Source of the DNA: Gaiellaceae bacterium
GTDB taxonomy: Bacteria > Actinomycetota > Thermoleophilia > Gaiellales > Gaiellaceae
Length of the DNA stretch: 64,000 bases
Direction of reading: 5' to 3'
Assembly: GCA_036556565.1 (NCBI GenBank)
Contig: DATBJE010000267.1
Location: 166-64,165 of the forward strand
Under the pieces are notes generated by a model that saw only the letters and a list, made by a program, of their open reading frames with translations, searched no databases and was not told the DNA's origin. Positions within the stretch are counted from its first letter, which is position 1. The number at the start of each line of letters is the position of its first letter. Position numbers and translations under genes: made by a program. Shown here in pieces: positions 8,067 to 17,481 of this stretch.

Positions 8067-10249
8067 CCGCCTGAGCCCGACGGAGCTTCGAAGGCGATCT
8101 GCGCGCCGAGCTGCCGCGCATCGGCCTGGCCGAACTGGGAAGGCGCGAATGTCGGCGAGACCTTGACCTCGATCCGGAACGGCGCCGAGGGGACGGGCAG
8201 GTCGAACGTCCTTGTCAGGCCCGAGTGCACGACCCATTCCCTCGTCGCAGTGGTGCTTGCGAGGGTGGGACCGGCATCGGTCATCCTCATCGGGCCCGCG
8301 ACGATCGAGACCCGGCTGGGCACGTCCTGGCCGGTCCAGCCTGCGCGGGAGACACGGACACGCATCGTGCGCGCATCGCCTGGAAGCGAGAACTGGGTCA
8401 GCGCCGCCGCCGGCCCCGACCACCCGTCCGGGTACAGGCCGCTGACCGACCTCCCCACACGAAGCGGAGGATCCACGCGGATCAGCGCCATCGGGCCGGG
8501 CTGCGCAACGACCTCTCCGACGATTCCGAGTCCCGGATCGGCCAGAACGTACGGCTCGGTCACCGGCGCACCCCCTGTCGCCGGGACGAGGTGTCCTTCC
8601 GAATCGACCTTGAGGTCGTCGAGCGAGAACGACGACCCGCCGGCCGTGTCGAGCGGGTACACGCCGTCGATGCTCCGGTTCCAGAACTCCGTCTGCCAGA
8701 GAAGGTGCGGATTCACGCCGACGGTCGGGCCGTAGATGAAGCCCACCCGCCCCTCCTTCCCGACGACGTCGTCGATCCAGTCCTCGTCGGCCACACCCGT
8801 GGAGGCGTGCGCTGCTGTCGACTGGTCCTCGACCGCCCCGTACACGGTGTATGCGGAGAGCAGGAAGAAGAGCGCCAATCCGGCGGGGAAGAGCATTCGT
8901 GCCCAGCGCATGCTGAGGAAGAGGAACGAGATAACCGCCACGACCAGGCCACCGACGAGCACGATCCTGACGTCGTCGACCCCTCCGACAACGCTCGTGA
9001 AGCGCATCAGCGGGATCAGCCCGAAGGTGTCAGCGAAGAGAGAGATGTTGAAGAGCCGTTCGAACGGGATCGTCATCACCAGCAGCGCCGGCACGACCGC
9101 CGCCGCGTAGACGGCGAGCCCCGTCCTGGGAAGAGCCCGTCCCAGCCAGACGGCGAGGGCCACGAGAAGCAACGGCGCGGCGTAGACCATGTAGCGCTCC
9201 TCGATCCGGACGGAGAAGCGCGACGCGAACGCCGCCGCCTGAAGGACAAACCAGAAGGTCCCTGCGGTGGCGACGGCGACGAAGGCGCGGTCTGCCGCCG
9301 GCGAGAGGCCACCGCGTGAAAGGGCCGCCGCAAGCAGCACGCCGAAGGCGATCGCCGGAACCACGCCGACGGAGAAGGCGAGCTCGCCGGCATGCCAGAC
9401 CGACCACCGCGCCACATCCACGACGGAGTAGTCCACCTCGGCGACGCTGTTGTACGCACCCAGACCACCCGCCAGGGACCCGCCCGCCACGAGTTTGTAC
9501 GCGACGTAGGCGACCGCGCCAACCACGAGGATCGCAATGCTCGCCGCGAAGCGGCGAAGCGAGGCCACGACCCCCCGCGCGCCGGCGCGCCGCGCGAACA
9601 ACGCCTCGAGCAGGATCGCGGTCGGATAGACGAGCGCTAGGGTCACGACCTGGACGCGGATCAGCGCCGCGAAGGCGATCAGCCCGAGAACCGCGAGCTG
9701 CCAAGCGAGGCTCGGGCGCTCGAGCGCCCTGGCGATCGCGTAGGCGGCGAGGAGGAAGGCCGGGATCGCGGCGTTCTCGGTCATCAGCATGCCGGTGTAG
9801 GCGAACGTCGGCATCAGCAGGACGAGGCCGCCGGCGATCACTGCGTAGACCGTCGAAGCGAGGCGGCGCGTCCAGAAGAAGACGACGACCGCCGAGCAGC
9901 TCATCAGCACGACGTTGATCGCCTTGGCGAGCTCATACGTCGTCTCCATGTCGCCCGCGGCCCAGGCCGGCGAGATCAGGATCGGATAGGCCGTCGCGAA
10001 CGACGAGGGCGCCTCCCGGAAGTGGAGGTGGCCCTGGTCGAAAAAGTCCTTCGCCATCTCCGCGTACCGGAGCTCGTCGCCCATCAGCCACGGCGCCGTG
10101 AGCTTGGTCGCGAGTAGGTAGTGGAGAACGACGCTGAGGAGGACGACTCCTGCGCCGATCAGCGCAGGCTCGAGGGCGTGCCAGCGCCCGCGAGCACCGA
10201 CCGCAGGTTCGGCGCTTGGCCGCTGGTCGACCGATTGGTCAAGTGCCAC
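8063..10249 (-). CDS. GT-C fold membrane glycosyltransferase (ArnT/PMT_2-like) with ~250-aa C-terminal extracytoplasmic domain, paralogue 1
   Basis: 728 aa. First-loop motif WLMGDELRYAEMAKDF (DE-x-x-Y as in ArnT/PMT), more than 10 hydrophobic helices. Soluble tail with WQTEFWNRS, LYPDGWSG and PTFAPSQFGQADARQLGA, all shared with 26946..29045. Confidence 0.75.
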   Translation of the reverse strand: MALDQSVDQRPSAEPAVGARGRWHALEPALIGAGVVLLSVVLHYLLATKLTAPWLMGDELRYAEMAKDFFDQGHLHFREAPSSFATAYPILISPAWAAGDMETTYELAKAINVVLMSCSAVVVFFWTRRLASTVYAVIAGGLVLLMPTFAYTGMLMTENAAIPAFLLAAYAIARALERPSLAWQLAVLGLIAFAALIRVQVVTLALVYPTAILLEALFARRAGARGVVASLRRFAASIAILVVGAVAYVAYKLVAGGSLAGGLGAYNSVAEVDYSVVDVARWSVWHAGELAFSVGVVPAIAFGVLLAAALSRGGLSPAADRAFVAVATAGTFWFVLQAAAFASRFSVRIEERYMVYAAPLLLVALAVWLGRALPRTGLAVYAAAVVPALLVMTIPFERLFNISLFADTFGLIPLMRFTSVVGGVDDVRIVLVGGLVVAVISFLFLSMRWARMLFPAGLALFFLLSAYTVYGAVEDQSTAAHASTGVADEDWIDDVVGKEGRVGFIYGPTVGVNPHLLWQTEFWNRSIDGVYPLDTAGGSSFSLDDLKVDSEGHLVPATGGAPVTEPYVLADPGLGIVGEVVAQPGPMALIRVDPPLRVGRSVSGLYPDGWSGPAAALTQFSLPGDARTMRVRVSRAGWTGQDVPSRVSIVAGPMRMTDAGPTLASTTATREWVVHSGLTRTFDLPVPSAPFRIEVKVSPTFAPSQFGQADARQLGAQIAFEAPSGSGG

Positions 10250-10256
10250 GCCGCGC

Positions 10257-10267
10257 CATTCTAGGGA
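10257..10267 (-). promoter_or_regulatory. TCCCTAGAATG motif (contains -10-like TAGAAT) ending 7 nt upstream of the GT-C1 GTG start (8 nt after TAGAAT)
   Basis: Plus strand reads CATTCTAGGGA. An identical 11-mer sits at 32832..32842 in the same position relative to the PpgS-like gene start. Confidence 0.5.
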
Positions 10268-10289
10268 CGGTCTTCCCCAGGGCCCCGGC

Positions 10290-10295
10290 TAGAGT
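10290..10295 (+). promoter_or_regulatory. -10-like TAGAGT box 7 nt upstream of GTG 10303
   Basis: TAGAGT-cagcgcc-GTG. Supports the shorter start for the GT2 gene. Confidence 0.4.
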
Positions 10296-10302
10296 CAGCG
10301 CC

Positions 10303-11334
10303 GTGGAGCGCCCTCGCGTCGCCGTCGCGATCGTGAACGCGAACTCGGGCGCTCACCTCGGCCGCGCACTCGACGCGCTGAGCCGGCAGACGCGGGAGCC
10401 CGACCGGACGATCGTCGTCGACAACGCCAGCACGGACGGCTCTCTGGAAGGCATCGAGGAACGATTTCCGAGCCTCGAGGTTCTCCGGCTCGGCGAGAAC
10501 GTCGGGTTTGCGGCGGCCAACAACCTCGCAGCGAAGCGGGCCGAGGACTGTGACTGGCTGGCGCTCCTCAACCCCGATGCGTTTCCCGAGCCGGCGTGGC
10601 TCGAGGAGTTGCTCGCGGCCGCCGAGTCGAACGCCGCGTACTCGTTCTTCGCGAGCCGCATCGTGAAGGCGTCCGAGGCCGGGACGCTCGACTCGACCGG
10701 AGACGTCGTGCACGTGAGCGGCGTCGCCTGGCAGCGAGACCACGGCGAGCCGACGTCCTTCGAGCGACCCGCGGGCGAGGTCTTCTCGGCCAGCGCGGCA
10801 GCGGCGCTCTACCGCCGGGAGGCCTTCGTCCAGATCGGCGGCTTCGACGAGCGGTTCTTCTGTTACTACGAGGACACCGACCTCGCGATCCGCCTGCGGC
10901 TGGCCGGTCACCGCTGCTGGTACGTCCCGACCGCGGTCGTGCGCCATGTCGGCGCGGCAACCGCCGGCCGCGAGAGCGACTTCATGCTCTACCACACGCA
11001 CCGCAACATCGTCTGGACATACGCGAAGAACATGCCGTCGCCGTTCGTCTGGCTCTACCTCCCCGAGCATGTTCTGATCAACGTCCTCACGCTGGGCGCG
11101 TTCTTGCTTCGGGGCCGCTTTCGCGTCGGCCTGCGCGCGAAGCGCGACGCGCTTCGCGGGCTCCGCGGAGTCCTTCAGGACCGCAGTGCCGTCCAGCGCA
11201 CCCGGCGGATCTCCGCGCGACATGCCCGCGCCGCGATGGCAAAGGGGGCTGCGGTGGTCCCGACCCTCCTTCGTCGATCGCGCGAGCTCGGGGCTACAGA
11301 ATCTTCCGCACGAGGCCCCAGTACGCCTTCATGA
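10303..11334 (+). CDS. Glycosyltransferase family 2 (rhamnosyltransferase-like)
   Basis: Track ORF starts at 10216 but that overlaps the divergent GT-C start. GTG 10303 gives VERPRVAVAIVNANSG...TIVVDNASTDGS, NVGFAAANN, DAFP and YYEDTDLAIRL. Confidence 0.8.
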   Translation: MERPRVAVAIVNANSGAHLGRALDALSRQTREPDRTIVVDNASTDGSLEGIEERFPSLEVLRLGENVGFAAANNLAAKRAEDCDWLALLNPDAFPEPAWLEELLAAAESNAAYSFFASRIVKASEAGTLDSTGDVVHVSGVAWQRDHGEPTSFERPAGEVFSASAAAALYRREAFVQIGGFDERFFCYYEDTDLAIRLRLAGHRCWYVPTAVVRHVGAATAGRESDFMLYHTHRNIVWTYAKNMPSPFVWLYLPEHVLINVLTLGAFLLRGRFRVGLRAKRDALRGLRGVLQDRSAVQRTRRISARHARAAMAKGAAVVPTLLRRSRELGATESSARGPSTPS

Positions 11335-12304
11335 TCGGATTCGCGAGGCGAAGAGGCCGCGGCAGGTCGATCATCCCGGGGTCGACGACCGGCGTCAGGT
11401 AGCCGGCCAGCTGTCTGTCCCGCACCTTGCGCAGAGCTTGGGTCTCCTTGCGATGCGCGCGGATCCAGCCACGCCGTCGCAGGGACCACCGCCAGCCGGC
11501 GACCTTGTCGCGGAACCACCCTTCGCGCGCGGCGAGCGCGGCCATGCCGACCTCGGTCGCGAAAAGGACCGGGAGCAGCGCGAGGATCGTCCGAAGCTGA
11601 AACGCCGTCAGGACCAGGATCAAGCGGTTGCGCTCCATGTAGTAGAGCTTCGTCGGGTTTCGTGCGTACTCGTAGTCGTGGAAGACGTCGGCGGCGGGGT
11701 CGAGGACGACGCGAAAGCCGGCCAAGCGGGCCCGCCAGCTCAGCTCCGCGTCCTCGAGGTAGATGAAGAGCTCGTCCGTAAAGCGCCCGAGGTGCTCGAA
11801 CAGCTCCCGTCGGATCGCGAGCGCCGAGCCGTTCGCGTAGGGAATCTCCCGTACGCCGTCGACCGAGTCGGCGGGCTCCCCGTGCCCGCTCGACCAGCCG
11901 AGGCCCGAGATGTGAAGCGCTGCCCCGCGTGAGTTCAGGAGGTCTGGGTGGTCGAGCAGCCGGAGACGCGCCATCGCCACCCCGACGGAGCGGTCGTCGA
12001 GCCTCGCAGCGAGCGCCGACAGCGCACCGGGAGCCACGACGGTGTCTGGGTTGAGGAAGACGAGAACGTCGCCCTCGGTCGCATCCACGCCAAGATTGCA
12101 GCCGGCGGCAAAGCCGATGTTGCCTCCCGCCTCCAGCACATCCACGCCGTCGCGGGCCTCCGCCCACTCGATCTCCTCGCCCCTTGCGCCGTTGTTGACC
12201 ACGACGATCTCGGTTCCGGACGGCGCATCGTCGGTGAGTGCCTCCAGGCACCGGACGAGCCGGGAACCGGCGTCGTAGGCAACGATGACGACAGCGATCC
12301 CCAC
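11294..12304 (-). CDS. Glycosyltransferase family 2 with conserved C-terminal membrane-proximal extension (paralogue of 55612..56598)
   Basis: MGIAVVIVAYDAG...EIVVVNNG, NIGFAAGCN, NPDTVV, YLEDAELSWR. Tail ERNRLILVLTAF...GWFRDKVAGWRW...KAYWGLVRKIL is collinear with the 55612 gene. Confidence 0.8.
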   Translation of the reverse strand: MGIAVVIVAYDAGSRLVRCLEALTDDAPSGTEIVVVNNGARGEEIEWAEARDGVDVLEAGGNIGFAAGCNLGVDATEGDVLVFLNPDTVVAPGALSALAARLDDRSVGVAMARLRLLDHPDLLNSRGAALHISGLGWSSGHGEPADSVDGVREIPYANGSALAIRRELFEHLGRFTDELFIYLEDAELSWRARLAGFRVVLDPAADVFHDYEYARNPTKLYYMERNRLILVLTAFQLRTILALLPVLFATEVGMAALAAREGWFRDKVAGWRWSLRRRGWIRAHRKETQALRKVRDRQLAGYLTPVVDPGMIDLPRPLRLANPIMKAYWGLVRKIL

Positions 12305-12316
12305 GGGCGCCGCGCG

Positions 12317-12350
12317 AGTTTACGGGCGGATTACAGGGCTTTGTTACAGT
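12317..12350. promoter_or_regulatory. Back-to-back -10-like boxes in the divergent 57-nt spacer (TAAACT for the minus gene, TACAGT for the plus operon)
   Basis: AT-richer stretch TTTACGGGCGGATTACAGGGCTTTGTTACAGT. Minus TAAACT (12317..12322) lies 12 nt before GTG 12304; plus TACAGT (12345..12350) lies 11 nt before GTG 12362. Confidence 0.35.
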
Positions 12351-12361
12351 CGCCCGCGCCC

Positions 12362-13570
12362 GTGGGAGCCGCCTCTGACAGCGTCGTCGGCATCTCTGTC
12401 GTGATTCCCTGCCTCAACGAGGAGGAGGGAGTCGGCGATGTCGTTCGCGCGGCCTGGACAGGGATCGAGCGGCTCGGGCTCACCGGTGAGGTGATCGTCG
12501 CCGACAACGGCTCGACCGACAACTCCGTCGCGATCGCCGAACGCGAAGGGGCAACGGTCATCCACGAGGAACAAAAGGGATACGGCAACGCGTACCTCGC
12601 TGGGCTCGCAGCCGCACGCGGCGAGCTGGTCGTGATCGGTGACGCCGACGGAACGTACGACTTCAGCAAGCTGGAGGACTTCAAGGCCGAGATCGACAAG
12701 GGCGCTGACATGGTGCTCGGGTCGAGGCTGCGAGGGCACATCGAGCGCGGAGCAATGCCGTGGCTACACCAGCACATCGGTAACCCGATACTCACGCGCC
12801 TGATCAACCGCTTCTTCGGGCTCAAGGTGTCGGACGCGTACTGCGGGATGCGGATGTTCCGACGGTCCGTTCTTCCGAGGCTCGAGCTTCAGGCGACCGG
12901 GATGGAGTTCGCGCTCGAGATGATCCTGAAGAGCGCCAAGCGGGGCCTCGTCTTCGCCGAGGTGCCGATCGACTATCACGCGCGGGCCGGCGAGTCGAAG
13001 CTGAACACTGTCCGGGACGGCTGGCGAAGCCTCCGATTCCTGCTCGTTCACAGCGCGACGTACCTGTTCCTGCTCCCGGGTGCGGTGCTGCTCGGGCTCG
13101 GGCTCCTGATCGTGATCCCGCTTGCCACGGGACCTGTCGACGTCTTTGGAAAGACTTTCTACATCCATCCGATGATCGTCGGCATCGCGGCGACGCTTGT
13201 CGGAGCGCAGATCGTCCAGCTTGGCCTGTTCGCAAGGACGTACGCCGTTCTGTACCTAGGCGACCAGGACCCGCCGCTCGAACGGGGCTGGTCCAAGGTT
13301 CGCCTCGAGCACGGCCTGCTGCTGGGCATCGTCCTCCTCCTCGTCGGCGCGGTCCTGCTGACGGCGATCTTCATCGAGTGGGCGAACGGCGGCTTCGGCG
13401 CGCTCGCCCGCGAGCATCAAGCACTGCTCGGCGTGCTACTCGTGTCGCTGGGCGTCCAAATCGTCTTCAGCTCGTTCTTCCTGAGCGTGCTCGGCCTCAG
13501 CAGCAACCTGCGCGAGGAGCGGGCCGCCGTTCGAGAGCCGGCCCGCGTGCGCGAGACCGTTCGCAGCTAG
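12362..13570 (+). CDS. Polyprenyl-phosphate glycosyltransferase-like GT2 (GtrB/ArnC/DPM1 type) with C-terminal transmembrane helices
   Basis: Start moved to GTG 12362 (the upstream part of the track ORF is antisense to 11294..12304). ISVVIPCLNEEEGV, VADNGSTDNS, GDADGTYD and KVSDAYCGMRMF, then about 4 TM helices. Confidence 0.8.
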   Translation: MGAASDSVVGISVVIPCLNEEEGVGDVVRAAWTGIERLGLTGEVIVADNGSTDNSVAIAEREGATVIHEEQKGYGNAYLAGLAAARGELVVIGDADGTYDFSKLEDFKAEIDKGADMVLGSRLRGHIERGAMPWLHQHIGNPILTRLINRFFGLKVSDAYCGMRMFRRSVLPRLELQATGMEFALEMILKSAKRGLVFAEVPIDYHARAGESKLNTVRDGWRSLRFLLVHSATYLFLLPGAVLLGLGLLIVIPLATGPVDVFGKTFYIHPMIVGIAATLVGAQIVQLGLFARTYAVLYLGDQDPPLERGWSKVRLEHGLLLGIVLLLVGAVLLTAIFIEWANGGFGALAREHQALLGVLLVSLGVQIVFSSFFLSVLGLSSNLREERAAVREPARVRETVRS

Positions 13571-13587
13571 CGCTTGCCCCGCCAGCG

Positions 13588-14409
13588 ATGACCCTCCTGT
13601 CCCGCTTCCGCCGGACGCCGGCGGAGCCGTGGCCCGCCGACCGGCCCGTCCGGTTCATCACCTCGTTCAACGGCCTCTTCTACGAAGCCAGCGGCAGGCG
13701 GTGCGCGAAGACGTTCCGGGAGCACAACCCGTCGTACGAGCTGTGGGCGTACGTGGAGTCGATCGACGACCAGGCCGAAACCGAGCTCGAGGGTCTCGGT
13801 GTCAGGGTCGTCCACCTCGAGGAGCTGCCGCTCCTGGGGGAGTTCCTCGAGCTCGCGCGAGATGTCATCCCGCAGGAGTTCGGCGGCGACGCGCCGCCCG
13901 AGATGTTCCCGGGTGAGGGCCCGCAGACCGGGGACATCTGGTTCCGGAAGAACATGTACCGCTGGTTCCGGAAGATCGTCGCGCTCGACCACACGGCCGG
14001 CGACTACGACGACGTGCTCTTCTGGTTGGACTGCGACTGCTTCGCCAAGCAGCCCCTGCCGCAGTCCGTGATCGAGGGGGCATTCGACGGTGCCGGCGTG
14101 ATCCGGATGAAGGCGAACCGCAAGCACACCGAGACCGGGCTCGTGGGGTACGACCTCGGTCGCCCCGGCGTCCGTGAGCTGATCGCAGCGATGCGGGACC
14201 ACTACATGTCTCGCGAGTTCGAGCGCTACAAGCGCTGGGACGACTGCATCACGCTCGATCTCTGCCTGAAGCGGCCGGATGCCCCCTCCGCGAGGGACAT
14301 CGCGAAGCGGGCGGTCGCGAATGCCGAGGTTCTGCCGACGACGCCGTTCGCCCCGTATCTCGAGCACGAGAAGGGGCTTCACAGCCGGCGCCTGGGACTG
14401 GTTCTCTGA
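13588..14409 (+). CDS. Uncharacterised protein, possible GT-A-like nucleotide-sugar transferase
   Basis: 273 aa from ATG 13588 (MTLLSRFRR). Rossmann-like FITSFNGLFYEASG; LFWLDCDCF could be a DxD-type motif. No family I can name. Sits immediately upstream of kdsB. Confidence 0.5.
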   Translation: MTLLSRFRRTPAEPWPADRPVRFITSFNGLFYEASGRRCAKTFREHNPSYELWAYVESIDDQAETELEGLGVRVVHLEELPLLGEFLELARDVIPQEFGGDAPPEMFPGEGPQTGDIWFRKNMYRWFRKIVALDHTAGDYDDVLFWLDCDCFAKQPLPQSVIEGAFDGAGVIRMKANRKHTETGLVGYDLGRPGVRELIAAMRDHYMSREFERYKRWDDCITLDLCLKRPDAPSARDIAKRAVANAEVLPTTPFAPYLEHEKGLHSRRLGLVL

Positions 14410-14434
14410 GCGAGGTGCCAGAATCGGCAGCCCT

Positions 14435-15163
14435 GTGAAGATCCTCGCCGTCGTCCCCGCCCGGTACGGCGCTACGCGCTTTCCCGGGAAGCCGCTGGCA
14501 GATCTCGGCGGCCGCCCGATCGTTCAGTGGGTCTACGAGGCGGCGGCGAGCTGCGACGACTTCGACGAGGTCGTCGTCGCAACAGAAAGCGAGGAGATCG
14601 CGAGCCGCGTGCGCGAGTTCGGCGGGGTCGTCGAGCTCACTCGCGACGACCACCGCACCGGCTCGGACCGGGTCGCGGAGGTCGCGGAGCGCCACGACGA
14701 CGCGGACGTCGTCGTCAACGTGCAGGGCGACCAGCCGTTCGCGACAGCGGAGATGCTGAGCGCACTCGTCGAGCCGTACGTCACAGGGGAGATGCCGGCG
14801 ATGACCACGCTCGCCTGCCCGCTGACGAACCGCGCGGACTGGGACGACCCGAACGTCGTCAAGGTCGTTTGTGACCGCCGCGGGTACGCCCTCTACTTCT
14901 CGCGCAGCCCGATCCCGCACCTGGGCGAGGGCGAGCCCGTCGAGGGACGCCATCACCTCGGCCTCTACGCCTTCACCCGCGACACCGTCTTGCGGTTTCC
15001 CTCTCTCGAGGAGACGCCGCTCGAGCGGCGGGAGCGGCTCGAGCAGCTTCGAGCGCTCGAGCATGGGATCCCGATCCGGGTCTGCGACACCGACCGCGCC
15101 GTGCTCGAGGTGAACACCCCAGAGGATCTGGAGCAAGCGCAGGAGCTCGTGGCCTCGCGATGA
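14435..15163 (+). CDS. kdsB: 3-deoxy-manno-octulosonate cytidylyltransferase (CMP-Kdo synthetase)
   Basis: GTG 14435 gives [58 protein letters not shown]. Confidence 0.9.
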   Translation: MKILAVVPARYGATRFPGKPLADLGGRPIVQWVYEAAASCDDFDEVVVATESEEIASRVREFGGVVELTRDDHRTGSDRVAEVAERHDDADVVVNVQGDQPFATAEMLSALVEPYVTGEMPAMTTLACPLTNRADWDDPNVVKVVCDRRGYALYFSRSPIPHLGEGEPVEGRHHLGLYAFTRDTVLRFPSLEETPLERRERLEQLRALEHGIPIRVCDTDRAVLEVNTPEDLEQAQELVASR

Positions 15164-16002
15164 CCGAGGTTCGGATCTCCGACGAGATCGCTGTCGGCGA
15201 GGGCCGGCCGCTGCTCGTGCTCGCCGGCCCGTGCGTCGTCGAGGAACGGGCCTTCATGGTCCGGATCGCACGGACGCTGAGGGAGATCACGGATCGACAC
15301 GGCGCGAAGCTCGTGTTCAAGGCGTCCTTCGACAAGGCCAACCGCTCGTCCGGAGCAACGGCTCGCGGGCCCGGCATGGACGACGGTCTCGCCATCTTGG
15401 CCTCGGTGAAGGAAGACGTGGGGGTCCCGGTCGTCACCGACATCCACGAGAGCTGGCAGGCGAAGCCGAGCGCCGAAGTCGTGGACGTCCTGCAGATTCC
15501 GGCCTTCCTCTCCAGGCAGACCGACCTTCTGAGCGCCGCCGGTGCGACGGGACTCCCGGTCAACGTCAAGAAGGGCCAGTTCCTCTCGCCGCCCGAGATG
15601 GGCAACGCGGTCAAGAAGCTCGAGGCGGCGGGCTGCGACCGCATCCTCCTGACGGAGCGAGGGACGACCTTCGGCTACAACGATCTCGTCGTCGACTTCC
15701 GCGGGCTCCCCCAGCTTCGCGAGCTCGGCTACCCGGTCGTCTTCGACGCGACGCACAGCGTCCAGCAGCCCGGCGGGCTCGGATCGGCGTCCGGCGGCCA
15801 GCGCGAGTACGTCCCGCACCTCGCCCGGGCGGCAGCCGCTGTGGGCATCGACGGGCTGTTCGTCGAGGTGCACGAGGATCCTGACTCGGCGCCGAGCGAC
15901 GGCCCGAACATGATCACGCCGGAGCAGTTCGACCGGCTGCTCGCGGATGTGGTCACCGTCCGCAACGCGCTCGCCGGGTCAGCTACCGTCCCCCGCGCAT
16001 GA
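15160..16002 (+). CDS. kdsA: 3-deoxy-8-phosphooctulonate synthase (Kdo8P synthase)
   Basis: [68 protein letters not shown] overlap with kdsB. Confidence 0.95.
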   Translation: MTEVRISDEIAVGEGRPLLVLAGPCVVEERAFMVRIARTLREITDRHGAKLVFKASFDKANRSSGATARGPGMDDGLAILASVKEDVGVPVVTDIHESWQAKPSAEVVDVLQIPAFLSRQTDLLSAAGATGLPVNVKKGQFLSPPEMGNAVKKLEAAGCDRILLTERGTTFGYNDLVVDFRGLPQLRELGYPVVFDATHSVQQPGGLGSASGGQREYVPHLARAAAAVGIDGLFVEVHEDPDSAPSDGPNMITPEQFDRLLADVVTVRNALAGSATVPRA

Positions 16003-17468
16003 TCGAGCTTCGCGAGTGGATCGCATCGAAGCCCTTCGACGAGAAGCCCTGGCTGCTGCTCGGGAAGGGCCCCACCTTCGCCCGCCGCGGGGAGTTTCCG
16101 CTCGACGAGTACAACCTGATGGGGCTGAACGACGTCCCGACCGAGCAGAAGGTCGACGTCGCGCACGTCATCGACATCGACGTCGTCGAGAAGAACGCCG
16201 AGGCGCTGCGCGACAATGCCCGCTTCCTGGTCATCGCGCGCCGGCCGCACGTCGACTTCAAGCCTCGGGAGAAGCGCCTCGAGGACTACTTCGACCAGAT
16301 TCCCGTGCTGCGCGAGCTCGACGAGCAAGGGCGGCTGGTCTGGTACAACGCGCGCGGCTCGGCCCCGATCGACGACTCGCCGGAGATCGGCGTCCGCTTC
16401 TTCAGCTCGGAGGCCGCGATGAACATCCTCGGTGAGATGGGCGTCAGGAAAGTGCGCACGCTCGGGATCGACGGCGGCACCGACTACAGCACCGAGTTCT
16501 CCGCCCTGACCGCGCTGGAGAACGAACGACCGACCTTCGACGCGCAGTTCCGCGAGCTCGAGGACATCGTCGCCAAGTACGGCATCGATTACGACCCGAT
16601 CATCGAGCCGATGCGGGTCTTCTGCGGCTGCGACGAGTCGCAGCTTGTCGCGGCACGCGTGCTCGAGTACTCGATCCGGAAGCACGCGAGCCGACCGGTT
16701 CGCTTCTACCCGATGCTGAACCTGCCGACCCCGGTGCCGAAGGACCAGAAGAACCGGGGCCGCACCGGGTTCTCCTTCAGCCGCTTCCACATTCCGAAGC
16801 TGGCCGGCTACAAGGGTCGCGGCCTCTACGTCGACGCGGACATGCAGGTGTTCGGCGACATCGCCGAGCTCTGGGAGATCCCGTTCGAAGGCGCCAAGGT
16901 CATGTGCACGCGGCAGGACGAGCCGCCCGAGCAGTGGAAGGGCTCGAGCTGGTTCCATCCCGGCCGCCAGCTCAGCGTGATGATGCTCGACTGCGAGCGG
17001 CTCGACTGGGACATCGACGAGATCGTCGGCGGCCTGGACGAAGGCCGATACGACTACCAGCAGCTGATGTTCGAGCTCTGCATTGTCGACGAGGGCGAGA
17101 TCAACGACAACATCCCGCCGGTCTGGAACCACTTGGAGCACTACGTCGACGGCGAGACCAAGCTCCTCCATTACACGGTCGTTCCGACGCAGCCGTGGAA
17201 GAACGACAAGAGCCCCTTGAAGGCGCTGTGGGAGCCGGAGTTCCAGGAGGCTCGTGCGGCCGGCGTGGTGCACCCCCAGGAGGCCCTGCGCCTCGCGCGT
17301 CGCGGGCACATCAAACCGTCGCTGGCGCTGCCGAAGGAAAAGAAGGTCGCGACGGCGATGTCGCTCGCCGCGGCCCAGCTGCGGCGCGCCATGGGAATGG
17401 CAGAGCAGCGGATCGGCTTCTTCCGAAATCCGCGGGTGATGAAGCTCCGGGCTCGAGTCGGGCTCTGA
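15999..17468 (+). CDS. Two-domain glycosyltransferase: N-terminal GxGP(S/T)-type (CstII/Maf-DUF115-like) domain fused to a GT8 domain
   Basis: N-terminal [12 protein letters not shown]...YNLMGLND...[26 protein letters not shown] parallels the CstII pattern IIAGNGPSL...FRCNQ...LGYKEIYLSGIDF. C-terminal [32 protein letters not shown] and [17 protein letters not shown] indicate GT8 with a DxD motif. ATGA overlap with kdsA. Confidence 0.7.
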   Translation: MIELREWIASKPFDEKPWLLLGKGPTFARRGEFPLDEYNLMGLNDVPTEQKVDVAHVIDIDVVEKNAEALRDNARFLVIARRPHVDFKPREKRLEDYFDQIPVLRELDEQGRLVWYNARGSAPIDDSPEIGVRFFSSEAAMNILGEMGVRKVRTLGIDGGTDYSTEFSALTALENERPTFDAQFRELEDIVAKYGIDYDPIIEPMRVFCGCDESQLVAARVLEYSIRKHASRPVRFYPMLNLPTPVPKDQKNRGRTGFSFSRFHIPKLAGYKGRGLYVDADMQVFGDIAELWEIPFEGAKVMCTRQDEPPEQWKGSSWFHPGRQLSVMMLDCERLDWDIDEIVGGLDEGRYDYQQLMFELCIVDEGEINDNIPPVWNHLEHYVDGETKLLHYTVVPTQPWKNDKSPLKALWEPEFQEARAAGVVHPQEALRLARRGHIKPSLALPKEKKVATAMSLAAAQLRRAMGMAEQRIGFFRNPRVMKLRARVGL

Positions 17469-17481
17469 CCGCTCCCGTCGG

